A DNA stretch of 64,000 bases from Patescibacteria group bacterium (lineage in GTDB: Bacteria > Patescibacteriota > Patescibacteriia > UBA1558 > UBA10009). The translations under genes were made by a program, and so were the position numbers. The notes under the pieces are model-generated. The model was not told the DNA's origin. It ran no database searches and saw nothing but the letters and a program-made list of their open reading frames with translations. Location of the stretch: the NCBI GenBank assembly GCA_041662565.1, contig JBAZSE010000001.1, positions 257,084 to 321,083 of the forward strand, read 5' to 3'. Of the stretch, positions 1-8,595 are shown piece after piece; position 1 is the first letter of the stretch; each line of letters begins with the position of its first letter.

Positions 1-378
1 CGTAGCGGCGGTAAAGCCGGCCTTAATTTAATGGGCATAAAAAGTTATTTGCAAAGAATTCCTAAAAATAAGGGTTTTAACAGCTTGGCTATTAGAAAAG
101 AAACCGTTAATTTGGGCGAATTGGATTTGGCTTTTAAAACAGGCGAATTGGTGGATATCAAGGCCTTGGCTCACAAAGGTTTAATCAGAAGTACTAAATC
201 CGGCCTTAAAGTTTTAGCCGGCGGCAAGCTTACCAAACCATTAATTATTCAGGCCAACGCCTTTTCAGAATCAGCTAAAGAAGCTATTATTAAAGCAGGC
301 GGCAAGGCCGAAGAAATTAAAAAGGAAAAGGTTAAGAATCAAAAGTACGCCCTTAGCCGAGTTAAAAAGTCCAAATAA
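1..378 (+). CDS. rplO: 50S ribosomal protein L15, 5'-truncated by the window edge
   Basis: Frame is open from base 1 (RSGGKAG...). Contains RIPKNKGF, VNLGEL, KVLAGGKL and FSESAKEAIIKAGG motifs; lies directly upstream of secY. Confidence 0.95.
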   Translation, partial: RSGGKAGLNLMGIKSYLQRIPKNKGFNSLAIRKETVNLGELDLAFKTGELVDIKALAHKGLIRSTKSGLKVLAGGKLTKPLIIQANAFSESAKEAIIKAGGKAEEIKKEKVKNQKYALSRVKKSK

Positions 379-423
379 ACTTTAAACTCTTTTCTTTAAC
401 CGTTCTCTCGAGCATCATCTAAT

Positions 424-1695
424 ATGTTGGAAAAATTATTACAAATTTGGAAAGCGAAAGATTTGCGTAATAATATTCTTTTTGTTTTGTTGTTGTTGGT
501 TGTTTTTAGAATCGCCGCCCATGTGCCGATTCCCGGCATCGGCGTCAGCAGCTTAAGGGATTTTTTCAACCAAAACCAAATTTTGGGCTTATTGAATATT
601 TTTTCAGGCGGTGGCTTGGAAAATTTTTCCATTGTTATGCTTGGCGTTGGTCCTTACATTACCGCTTCCATTATCATCCAATTGTTGACTATGATTGTGC
701 CTTCATTGGAAGCTATGTCCAAAGAAACAGCCGGTCAGCATAAAATCAACCAATATACTCGTTTGTTAACCGTGCCTTTGGCCGCTTTACAGGGTTACAG
801 CTTTATTACCTTGCTGACCCGCCAGGGCGGCGGTATTATTAGTCCTTTAAACGGCGCTCAATGGTTTTCGGCAATTATTACCATTATTGCCGGCACGCTC
901 TTTTTAATGTGGATAGGTGAACTTATTTCGGAAAAGAAAATCGGCAACGGTATTTCTTTGTTGATTTTTGCCGGTATCGTGGCTGGTTTGCCTAGTGCCG
1001 TTCAACGGACTTTGGCGGTATTTGATTCTTCGCAATTGCTTAATATGATTATCTTTATTGCCATTGCCATTGTGACCATTGCCGTGATTGTAATTATCAC
1101 CGAGGGCCAGCGCAATGTGCCGGTTAATTACGCCAAAAGAATCAGGGGCAATCGTATGTACGGCGGAGTTTCTACCCACTTGCCTTTGCGGGTTAATATG
1201 GCCGGCGTTATTCCGATCATCTTTGCCATTTCCATTATTTTATTCCCTGCAATGATCGGACAGTTTTTTGTTAATGCCGCTACTCCTTGGATTGCTTCAA
1301 GCGCCAAATTCGTCATTAATCTGTTCCAGAATCAAATTTTTTACGGCGCCTCATATTTTATTTTGGTTTTTGCCTTTACTTATTTTTATACCTATATTAT
1401 TTTCCACCCCAATCAAATTGCCGAAAATTTGCAAAAGCAAGGCGGGTTTATTCCGGGCATCAGGCCGGGTGCTCATACCATCAGCTATTTGCAGGCCACG
1501 GTTAATAAAATTTTGCTGGCCGGCGCTTTGTTTTTAGCCGTTATTGCCATTTTGCCTATTTTAATCCAACCCTTAACCGGCGGCACTAGTTTGGTTATCG
1601 GTGGCACCAGTTTGCTGATTGTTGTTTCGGTAGTAATCGAAACCGCCAAACAGGTGGATTCGCAGTTAACTATGAGGGATTACGAAGGTTTGTAA
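424..1695 (+). CDS. secY: Preprotein translocase subunit SecY
   Basis: About 10 TM segments; LGVGPYITASII, IGNGISLLIFAGI, FIPGIRPG and GGTSLLIVV motifs. Confidence 0.98.
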   Translation: MLEKLLQIWKAKDLRNNILFVLLLLVVFRIAAHVPIPGIGVSSLRDFFNQNQILGLLNIFSGGGLENFSIVMLGVGPYITASIIIQLLTMIVPSLEAMSKETAGQHKINQYTRLLTVPLAALQGYSFITLLTRQGGGIISPLNGAQWFSAIITIIAGTLFLMWIGELISEKKIGNGISLLIFAGIVAGLPSAVQRTLAVFDSSQLLNMIIFIAIAIVTIAVIVIITEGQRNVPVNYAKRIRGNRMYGGVSTHLPLRVNMAGVIPIIFAISIILFPAMIGQFFVNAATPWIASSAKFVINLFQNQIFYGASYFILVFAFTYFYTYIIFHPNQIAENLQKQGGFIPGIRPGAHTISYLQATVNKILLAGALFLAVIAILPILIQPLTGGTSLVIGGTSLLIVVSVVIETAKQVDSQLTMRDYEGL

Positions 1696-1718
1696 TAGTT
1701 TTTTAAATTGATACATTT

Positions 1719-1750
1719 AACCGCTCGTCTAAATTAGACGGGCGGTTTTT
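1719..1750 (+). terminator. Rho-independent terminator after secY
   Basis: AACCGCTCGTCTA-AAT-TAGACGGGCGGTT stem followed by a T-run. Confidence 0.8.
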
Positions 1751-1849
1751 GGTTAAATTTATTATTTTGATTTGAAATAAAAAAGGCCAGCCTAGCTAAA
1801 AGATCAAATATGATTGATCTGGTAGCTAAGCTGGCAGGGTCATCTCTGG

Positions 1850-2458
1850 TTACATGCACATGATGGAGTGTATGCTTGTCAGAGGCACGCCTAATTGTTG
1901 CGCGCGCGGATCATCTTTGTCCAACCGGACTCGGCGACATGATTCATCAATGAAGTTGAAATCAACAACATCGAATTCGCCTGGTCCTTTGCGGATTTTG
2001 GAATGAACCAAGCCGATGGCAGTCAGGCCAGCTGTTTCTTGTGCATGGAAAGCGTGGATTACTTGGGCGCTCACCAGCAAGCTTTGGCCGGCAACTGCTG
2101 GATGATCGATCAGCTCGAATTCTTCTTGGCCATGCTGGAAGTTGGTCATCAAGGTGCCGCCGTTGGGGTTTTTGAACCCGTGTTCTTCTCCCAAGAAGAG
2201 AAAAGTCGTGGCGCCTTTCATATGCAAGTGACAGTCGGTCATAGTGTCCGCTTGCATCAGAATCAGTTCGCACTGGTCGGGTTTGTAGCCCGCGGCAATG
2301 AGCAGAGGATCTGCATCTTTGAACCAGCCGATGCGGAATCCCAGAAGCTCTTGCTGATCGGTCAGCACGGAAAAGGGTTTGTCCGCAGCTTTGCGAACCA
2401 GCTCGGCCGCTGCTTGTAAAACACGCAGCCGTCTTTTTTTCTCGGTCGTTATATCCAT
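1850..2458 (-). CDS. Cupin-fold hypothetical protein, GC-richer than its neighbours
   Basis: Cupin-like motif 1 (CHLHMKGATTF) and motif 2 (GQSLLVSAQVIHAF); AAGGA SD upstream; long hairpin terminator at about 1780-1840. Confidence 0.55.
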   Translation of the reverse strand: MDITTEKKRRLRVLQAAAELVRKAADKPFSVLTDQQELLGFRIGWFKDADPLLIAAGYKPDQCELILMQADTMTDCHLHMKGATTFLFLGEEHGFKNPNGGTLMTNFQHGQEEFELIDHPAVAGQSLLVSAQVIHAFHAQETAGLTAIGLVHSKIRKGPGEFDVVDFNFIDESCRRVRLDKDDPRAQQLGVPLTSIHSIMCM

Positions 2459-2495
2459 TGTTTCGTTCCTTGTGGTGGTTTGGTTGTTGGTTTGG

Positions 2496-2678
2496 CTAGT
2501 CAGTTATAAAACTCCAGCCGGTTGGTATTGGTGTATGTTCAGTAGAAGTTTGAGTCAGTGATGGAATCAGTTGAGCTTCAGAAGCATTGGCTGGTTGAAC
2601 GTTTGAATCAGTTGTTGAAGTTAGTTTTTGGTTTTGCCAGCCAGCGCCATCTTCGGTTATTGGGTTGATGATTGACAT
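2496..2678 (-). CDS. Possible 60-aa Ser/Thr/Pro-rich peptide (MSIINPITEDGAGW...PIPTGWSFITD)
   Basis: ATG at 2678 preceded by AGGA; co-oriented with and just upstream of the cupin gene. Confidence 0.35.
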   Translation of the reverse strand: MSIINPITEDGAGWQNQKLTSTTDSNVQPANASEAQLIPSLTQTSTEHTPIPTGWSFITD

Positions 2679-2844
2679 CGATGTCCTGCGGTTTAAATTG
2701 TAGGGTACAAAAAACTTCCTCAAATGGAAGTCTTCTTGAGAGATATTATTGTTTGGTAAGTTTATTTCATAACATACCCAAAGAAGGCTTTCATCTGAAA
2801 TGAGACAAAATGTTGGCGCCAATTTTGGTTAAGGTAAATTTGTT

Positions 2845-3123
2845 TCATGGTTTAAGTTTTAAAATTTGATTAAATCCGCCTTGGGGATTTTTTAACATGC
2901 GTGCGCCTCGGGTAATGGTGGCAATGGCTATTTTTAGTTTTTTTGCCACAACTCGCTGTGGCAAACCCTGATGCAATAATTTAACTATACTCAGCCGTCT
3001 TTTAATTTCCGCTAGTTCAGCCGGAGTCAATAAATCCTTTAAAAATATGGCCATAAACTTAGGATCTTTGATTTTGGCCAAAACTTTATTTATTTCCCAA
3101 TCCGTTAAAGTATCTTTTTTCAT
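2845..3123 (-). CDS. TrpR-like (YerC/YecD) repressor
   Basis: FLKDLLTPAEL, R-x-x-I-x-x-L-L, QR-x-VA and IATITRG helix-turn-helix motifs. Confidence 0.9.
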   Translation of the reverse strand: MKKDTLTDWEINKVLAKIKDPKFMAIFLKDLLTPAELAEIKRRLSIVKLLHQGLPQRVVAKKLKIAIATITRGARMLKNPQGGFNQILKLKP

Positions 3124-3130
3124 AATATAT

Positions 3131-3173
3131 ATTGTACTAGTACAATAGTACAGTATTGCATAAGTAATGTCAA
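3131..3173 (-). promoter_or_regulatory. Sigma70 promoter with overlapping trp-box-like palindromic operator
   Basis: Minus strand TTGACA(3173-3168)-N17-TACTAT(3150-3145); perfect palindrome ATTGTACTAGTACAAT at 3131-3146. Confidence 0.75.
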
Positions 3174-3353
3174 ATAGGGGGCTGTGGATAAGTGTTGAGC
3201 TAAAACAGTGGCAACTTTTAGGAAACGGTAATTGTAGTTAAGATTCTATTATTGAATTTTTAGATATTTTTTGGCTAATATTAGCTAAATTATCTGGTTG
3301 AAATATTTAACGACAAATGTTATAATGTTGATATTGAATAATCAAGTTTATTT

Positions 3354-3986
3354 ATGAATATTATTATTTTTGGGCCCCAAGGGTCTGGTAAGGGTACGCA
3401 AGCCAACGCCTTATCAACCAAGTTAAACATTCCCCAAATTACTATGGGTGATTTATTGCGCGCCGAAGTTGCCAGTAATTCGGCTTTAGGCGAGCAATTA
3501 AAAGCCATTATGAATCAGGGCAGTTTAGTGCCCAATGAAGTTACGGCCACTTTGTTGGAACACCGGTTAAAAAAAGATGATTGCCAAAATGGTTTTATTT
3601 TGGACGGCTATCCTCGCAATCTTGTTCAGGCCCAAACTTTGGATGCTTTAGTTCACCTGGATACGGCAATGGAAATTTGGATTAGTGATGAGGAAGCTTT
3701 AAGTAGGATCGGCGGGCGCAGAAGCTGCCCCAAGTGCGGTACAATTTTTCATTTAATTACCAATCCGTCAAAAACGGATAATGTTTGCGATAAGTGCGGC
3801 ACCGCCTTGATTATCAGGGAAGATGATAAAGAAGAAGTTATTAAAAAGCGTTTAGCGGTTTATCATGAACAAACCGAACCCTTGGTTGCTTATTATCAAA
3901 CCAAAGGAATTTATTTAAAAATCGATGGCCGGCCTTCTATTGCCGAAGTTAATAAAGAAGTTTTTGCCAAATTAAACATTGCTTAA
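3354..3986 (+). CDS. adk: Adenylate kinase with Zn-binding LID
   Basis: P-loop GPQGSGKGT, ILDGYPR, CPKC...CDKC. Confidence 0.97.
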   Translation: MNIIIFGPQGSGKGTQANALSTKLNIPQITMGDLLRAEVASNSALGEQLKAIMNQGSLVPNEVTATLLEHRLKKDDCQNGFILDGYPRNLVQAQTLDALVHLDTAMEIWISDEEALSRIGGRRSCPKCGTIFHLITNPSKTDNVCDKCGTALIIREDDKEEVIKKRLAVYHEQTEPLVAYYQTKGIYLKIDGRPSIAEVNKEVFAKLNIA

Positions 3987-3991
3987 TTTTT

Positions 3992-4747
3992 ATGACTAAC
4001 TATACCATCAAAACTCCCGAGGAGATTAAAAAATTGCAAGCCGGAGGAAAAATCTTGGCAAAAATAGTTAAGGCCTTGGGTAAGGCAGCCAAGCCAGGTA
4101 TGACTACTTTAGAGTTGGATACTTTGGCTAGAAAATTAATGGCTGATTATAAAGTTCAGCCGTCATTTTTGGAATTCGGTGATCCGCCGTATCCGGCCGT
4201 GTTATGCACATCAATTAACGAAGGTATTGTCCATTGTATTCCCAACGAAACCGTTTTAAAAGAAGGTGATATTATTGGGATTGATTGCGGGATTTGGCAT
4301 GAAAATTTATGCACCGATATGGCTATAACCGTGGGTATTGGTAAAGTTAGCGCTGAAGCCAAAAAATTAATGGAAGTAACGGAAAAATCCTTGAATTTGG
4401 CGATTAAGCAGATCAAGCCGGGCAACACTTTGGGCGATATTGGTTATGCTGTGCAAAGCTATGCCGAAAGTTTTGGCTACGGCGTAGTTAGGCAATTGGT
4501 TGGTCATGGTGTTGGCTACGAAGTCCATGAAGAGCCCAGAATTCCTAATTACGGTATTAAGGGTAAGGGTTTGGTGTTAGAGCCCGGCATGGTTATTGCC
4601 GTTGAGCCGATGATTACGGCGGGCAGTTATGATATTGAAGTCAGCTTTAACGGCTGGGATATTGTTACCAAAGATAAATCATTAGCCGCTCATTTTGAAC
4701 ATACCATTGTAGTTACTAAAAAAGGTTGTGAAGTTTTAACCAAGTAA
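3992..4747 (+). CDS. map: Type I methionine aminopeptidase
   Basis: VHCIP, GHGVG-x-x-VHEEP, EPM and AHFEHT motifs. Confidence 0.97.
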   Translation: MTNYTIKTPEEIKKLQAGGKILAKIVKALGKAAKPGMTTLELDTLARKLMADYKVQPSFLEFGDPPYPAVLCTSINEGIVHCIPNETVLKEGDIIGIDCGIWHENLCTDMAITVGIGKVSAEAKKLMEVTEKSLNLAIKQIKPGNTLGDIGYAVQSYAESFGYGVVRQLVGHGVGYEVHEEPRIPNYGIKGKGLVLEPGMVIAVEPMITAGSYDIEVSFNGWDIVTKDKSLAAHFEHTIVVTKKGCEVLTK

Positions 4748-4757
4748 TTTATTTATC

Positions 4758-5141
4758 ATGAAATTAGTCGGAATTGATTACGGCTCCAGCAAGGTTGGTT
4801 TGGCTTTAGGAGAAAGCGATATTAAAATGGCTTTGCCTCATAAAGTTGTTGCTCCACAAGAACTGTTTCTGGAAATAGAGCGCTTGGTGGAGCGCGAGGG
4901 GTTGGATTTGGCGGTGATGGGTTTGCCAATGGGCATGAACGGCTTAGAAACCGAACAGACCCAAACGGTTAAAAAATTTGCCGCCGAGTTGGCGGAAAAA
5001 ATTACCATACCTTTGGTTTTTGAAGACGAACGTTTATCCACCGCGCAAGCAAAACGAGACGGCCATGATGATGCCGTGGCCGCCATGTATATTTTACAAT
5101 CTTATTTAGACCGGACTTATGGCTCTAACAGTGCTAAATAA
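4758..5141 (+). CDS. ruvX: YqgF/RuvX family nuclease
   Basis: GIDYG...GLA, GLP, DERLST and DAVAA-x-x-ILQSYL motifs. Confidence 0.92.
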   Translation: MKLVGIDYGSSKVGLALGESDIKMALPHKVVAPQELFLEIERLVEREGLDLAVMGLPMGMNGLETEQTQTVKKFAAELAEKITIPLVFEDERLSTAQAKRDGHDDAVAAMYILQSYLDRTYGSNSAK

Positions 5142-6171
5142 TTATCTTTTGCCTTTTGCTTCGGCTTTTATTATTTCGGTTATCTTAACTTATTTAATCA
5201 AAGGGCTGGCTTTAAAGTTGGATATAGTTGATCGGCCGAGCGAACCCCGGAAAATTCATCACGTGCCTATCCCTAAATTGGGCGGGTTGGCAATTTATTT
5301 AACGGTTTTACTTTTAACCGTTATTTTTTATCAATCGGGCATGTTGCTTGACGGCAAAATCCAAGTTGCTTATTTGGTCGGTTTTTTAATCGGTGGGGCG
5401 ATTTTGATGTTAGGTGGCTGGTTGGATGATAAATACGATCTAAAGCCCGGCCAACAGTTTGTTTTTCCGGTGTTGGCCGCGCTTGTTGTTTTATTAAGCG
5501 GAATTTCGGTTAGCTATGTTACCAGCCCCTTGGGGGGCATTATTAATTTAACAAATACCTGGTGGCCGCCGATTTTGGTTTTTGTTTGGCTGGTGGGTAT
5601 GATGTATACTACTAAGTTTTTGGATGGTTTGGATGGTTTGGTTGGTGGAATTTCGGGCATCGGCTATATTATTCTTTTTTTGGTGAGTTTGTTTTGGGAT
5701 GTGCCCTTAAGCGGAACCTCGATACTTTGTTTGATTTTAGCAGGCTCGGCTTTGGGATTTTTGGTTTGGAATTTTTATCCGGCTAAGATTTTTTTGGGCG
5801 AAGGCGGTAGTTTGTTTTTAGGTTTTTCATTGGCCGTGCTGGCCATTATCAGCGGGGCCAAAATCGCCACAGCTTTGTTAATTATGGGTATTCCAATTTT
5901 GGATGTGGCTTGGGTAATTGCCAGACGCATTTTTAAAGAAAAAAAATCCGCCTTTTTGGGCGATAGCAAGCATTTGCATTTTAGATTGTTGGATGCCGGT
6001 TTAACCCAATCCCAAGCGGTTTTATTTTTATATCTGTTAACCTTGCTGTTTGGCTTAAGTTCTTTGTTCCAACAAACAATCGGCAAAATAATAACTTTGA
6101 TAATTTTGGGAGTGGTTATGCTGTTGTTGGCTTGGTGGCTGGTAAGCAGATATAAAAAAAGAATCGGTTAA
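5119..6171 (+). CDS. Polyprenyl-phosphate GlcNAc-1-phosphate transferase (WecA/TagO, MraY-like family 4)
   Basis: RKIH...GGLAI, DDKYDL, DGLDGL, NFYPAKIFLG and HLHFRL motifs; multi-TM. Confidence 0.9.
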   Translation: MALTVLNNYLLPFASAFIISVILTYLIKGLALKLDIVDRPSEPRKIHHVPIPKLGGLAIYLTVLLLTVIFYQSGMLLDGKIQVAYLVGFLIGGAILMLGGWLDDKYDLKPGQQFVFPVLAALVVLLSGISVSYVTSPLGGIINLTNTWWPPILVFVWLVGMMYTTKFLDGLDGLVGGISGIGYIILFLVSLFWDVPLSGTSILCLILAGSALGFLVWNFYPAKIFLGEGGSLFLGFSLAVLAIISGAKIATALLIMGIPILDVAWVIARRIFKEKKSAFLGDSKHLHFRLLDAGLTQSQAVLFLYLLTLLFGLSSLFQQTIGKIITLIILGVVMLLLAWWLVSRYKKRIG

Positions 6172-6173
6172 AT

Positions 6174-6602
6174 ATGCGCAAGCTGTTAATTATTTTGGTT
6201 TTATTTTTTTTGCTTAGCGGTTGCCAATTTAAGGCCATTGAAGATCGGGTAATTAGCGTTAATGGCCAAGAGTTGAATGTGGAAGTTGTTAAGTCATCGG
6301 CAAAAATGTCCAAAGGCTTATCGGGCCGAACCGGCTTATGCCAAAATTGTGGAATGCTTTTTGAATATCAGGGTGATCAAATCAGAAATTTTTGGATGAA
6401 AGATATGGAGTTTCCGCTGGATATTTTATGGATCAAAGACGATCTTGTGGTTGGCTTGCAAGAAAATATCCCAATTTTTGATTTAGCTGGGCAAATTAGC
6501 CAGATGCAATCACCTCAACCGGTTAATCGGATTTTAGAGGTAAATAGCGGCTGGATTAGTAAAAATAAGCCCAAAATAGGGGATAAAGTGCTGGGTTTAT
6601 AG
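6174..6602 (+). CDS. DUF192 family lipoprotein
   Basis: Lipobox LSGC; GMLF, FWMKDM-x-FPLDI and LEVNSG motifs. Confidence 0.9.
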   Translation: MRKLLIILVLFFLLSGCQFKAIEDRVISVNGQELNVEVVKSSAKMSKGLSGRTGLCQNCGMLFEYQGDQIRNFWMKDMEFPLDILWIKDDLVVGLQENIPIFDLAGQISQMQSPQPVNRILEVNSGWISKNKPKIGDKVLGL

Positions 6603-6610
6603 AGTTCGGC

Positions 6611-6638
6611 TTGACTATTTTGGCTGTTCTGTTATAAT
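6611..6638 (+). promoter_or_regulatory. Sigma70 promoter of rplU
   Basis: TTGACT-N16-TATAAT with an extended -10 TG. Confidence 0.65.
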
Positions 6639-6674
6639 ACGCTCAATTAATATTCAGAAATTAAATGTAACCAT

Positions 6675-6983
6675 ATGAAATTAGCAGTGATAAAAACCGG
6701 CGGCAAGCAATACAAGGTTGCTGAAGGCGATAAATTAAAGATTGAAAAATTGGTTTTAGAAACAGGTGCCAATGTTAATTTTGAAGAAGTTTTATTGGTG
6801 GCTGATGGCGAAAAGGTTTCGGTCGGCACTCCAAATTTAGGTGTCAAAGTTTCTGGCAAAGTTTTAGCTCAAGGCAAGGGTGCCAAAATAATGGTAGAAA
6901 AATATAAGCCAAAAGTCCGTTACCATAAAGTTTACGGACATCGCCAGCCCTTTACCGAAGTTTTGATTGAAAAGATTGGATAA
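6675..6983 (+). CDS. rplU: 50S ribosomal protein L21
   Basis: AVIKTGGKQYKV and GHRQPFT motifs. Confidence 0.98.
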   Translation: MKLAVIKTGGKQYKVAEGDKLKIEKLVLETGANVNFEEVLLVADGEKVSVGTPNLGVKVSGKVLAQGKGAKIMVEKYKPKVRYHKVYGHRQPFTEVLIEKIG

Positions 6984-7063
6984 CACGGATTACACAGATT
7001 TTTAAAAAAGATTACACGGATAATTATTCAGTGTAATCTTTTTAAATTAGTGTAATCTTTGTT
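6983..7063. repeat. Short composite palindromic repeat (GATTACAC x2 ... GTGTAATC x2)
   Basis: Two direct units followed by two inverted units, forming a hairpin immediately after the rplU stop. Confidence 0.7.
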
Positions 7064-7140
7064 GGGTTGACTTATTTTATTAATTGATGTAGGGTTTAAA
7101 TAATCTGAACTTAACATCACATTTTTTTGAGGAAGGAAAC

Positions 7141-7506
7141 ATGGCTTCTTTAAATCCTAAGTACTGGACAGACATTCCAATGGTCTATACTTTCACTAAA
7201 CCTTTAAGGGGTGCAAGTAAAGACAAAAAATTGTCAACACGCGCACTTTCAATATCCGTGCCAGAAAGCGTAGAGGTTGGGAAGATTCAACTCATCGGAC
7301 CTGATGTCCCATCTGGATTTCATCCGGTACCTTTCCCGAAACAGGCTAAGGCCATGGTGGCCAGAGTTCTATCACCTGATGGCAAGGAAACCAGGGGTTA
7401 TATCACTATGATCGATGATCGTCGTGGTAGTTTTACTCCGGCAACTATGACCGATAGGCAAATCTTCAAATGGAGCAAGGAAGTTATCAGTTGCGGCTGT
7501 TGCTAA
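7141..7506 (+). CDS. Hypothetical protein (ORFan) ending in CGCC
   Basis: Strong SD GAGGAAGG, upstream TTGACT, and downstream terminator ATCCCGT...ACGGGATTTTTTT. Confidence 0.7.
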   Translation: MASLNPKYWTDIPMVYTFTKPLRGASKDKKLSTRALSISVPESVEVGKIQLIGPDVPSGFHPVPFPKQAKAMVARVLSPDGKETRGYITMIDDRRGSFTPATMTDRQIFKWSKEVISCGCC

Positions 7507-7563
7507 ACGCAACAATCCCGTCGAACCCTGACAGGTTAAACGGGATTTTTTTATGGAAGAGTT

Positions 7564-8157
7564 TTAGACTTCCCGACGGTTTTTTAACGCGCTACCCAGT
7601 GTAATTTCATCGGCGTATTCAATATCCGAGCCCGAGGGCAGGCCTTTAGCTAGTCGGGTAATTTTTAAGTTTAAGCTTTGTAAAAGCTTTTGTAGATATA
7701 GAGAAGTGGATTCACCTTCCAAATCGGGGTTTAGGCCCAAAATAATTTCTTTAATTTTGCCACTTTGGGTTCTTGATAAAAGCTGTCTGATATTTAAACT
7801 CTCCGGCCCTATGCCTTCCAATGGGTTTAAAATCCCGCCCAACACATGGTAAACGCCTTGGTATTCACCGGTTCGTTCAATGGCTTGCAAATCATGGCTT
7901 TCGGCTACCACGCAAACAATGTCTTGGTCGCGCTCCGGATTGGAGCATAAGCGGCAGGGATTGGTTTGAGCCAGATCCAGGCAAATAGAACAGGTGATAA
8001 TATCGGCTTTGGCGTGAGTAATGCTGTTGGCAAAAGTTTCCAAATCCGCTTGGGGTTTTTTTAATAAAAAGAAAGCCAGCCGGGAAGCGGTTTTTGGCCC
8101 AATGCCCGGCAGTTTGCCAAGTTGATCAATCAATTTTTGAATAGAAGTAGGTAACAT
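7564..8157 (-). CDS. recR: Recombination mediator RecR
   Basis: LPGIGPKTA-x-RL, C4 zinc finger, YHVLGG and Toprim domain. Confidence 0.97.
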   Translation of the reverse strand: MLPTSIQKLIDQLGKLPGIGPKTASRLAFFLLKKPQADLETFANSITHAKADIITCSICLDLAQTNPCRLCSNPERDQDIVCVVAESHDLQAIERTGEYQGVYHVLGGILNPLEGIGPESLNIRQLLSRTQSGKIKEIILGLNPDLEGESTSLYLQKLLQSLNLKITRLAKGLPSGSDIEYADEITLGSALKNRREV

Positions 8158-8164
8158 GCTGTTT

Positions 8165-8255
8165 TGTCATTTCGACTGTAGCGGAGCGGAACGGAGAAAT
8201 CCCTCTTAATCAAAGGCAGAGATTTCTCCACTCACTTCGTTCGGTCGAAATGACA
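8165..8255. repeat. REP/MITE-like palindromic element
   Basis: Terminal inverted repeats TGTCATTTCGAC...GTCGAAATGACA with inner GGAGAAATC/GATTTCTCC arms. Confidence 0.8.
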
Positions 8256-8266
8256 GGATAGTGTAT

Positions 8267-8566
8267 TTAATTTAGTCCCGGAATTTTAAAACTGCCATCG
8301 GCACGCATTTTTTCCACCATGATTTTTTGGATTTTTTGGATGGCTTCGTTATGCAAATCTTTCAATGTTTCTTCCAGCCGGGTTTTTTTGTCCGGCGAAA
8401 GCAGTTCGGGATTAATGTTAACTTTAATCAATTTTTGGTTGCCGTCCATGGTTAAAAACACTCCATGCTTATCAACGGTAACGGATTCTTCGGCCAGCTG
8501 ATTTTGTAATTTTTTGCCTTGTTGCCTTAAATCCTTAATTTGATTGAGTTTGGAAAATAATGACAT
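8267..8566 (-). CDS. ybaB: YbaB/EbfC nucleoid-associated protein
   Basis: KLQNQL...V-x-x-x-M-DGNQKL-x-x-V-x-I-x-P; adjacent to recR; likely start MSLFSK. Confidence 0.85.
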   Translation of the reverse strand: MSLFSKLNQIKDLRQQGKKLQNQLAEESVTVDKHGVFLTMDGNQKLIKVNINPELLSPDKKTRLEETLKDLHNEAIQKIQKIMVEKMRADGSFKIPGLN

Positions 8567-8595
8567 ATGTTTTTGGTTATTTAATTTCAAATGTT

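Noticed and set aside
6983-7063. Mini-CRISPR
   Set aside because: Units are about 9-12 bp in both orientations with no unique spacers.
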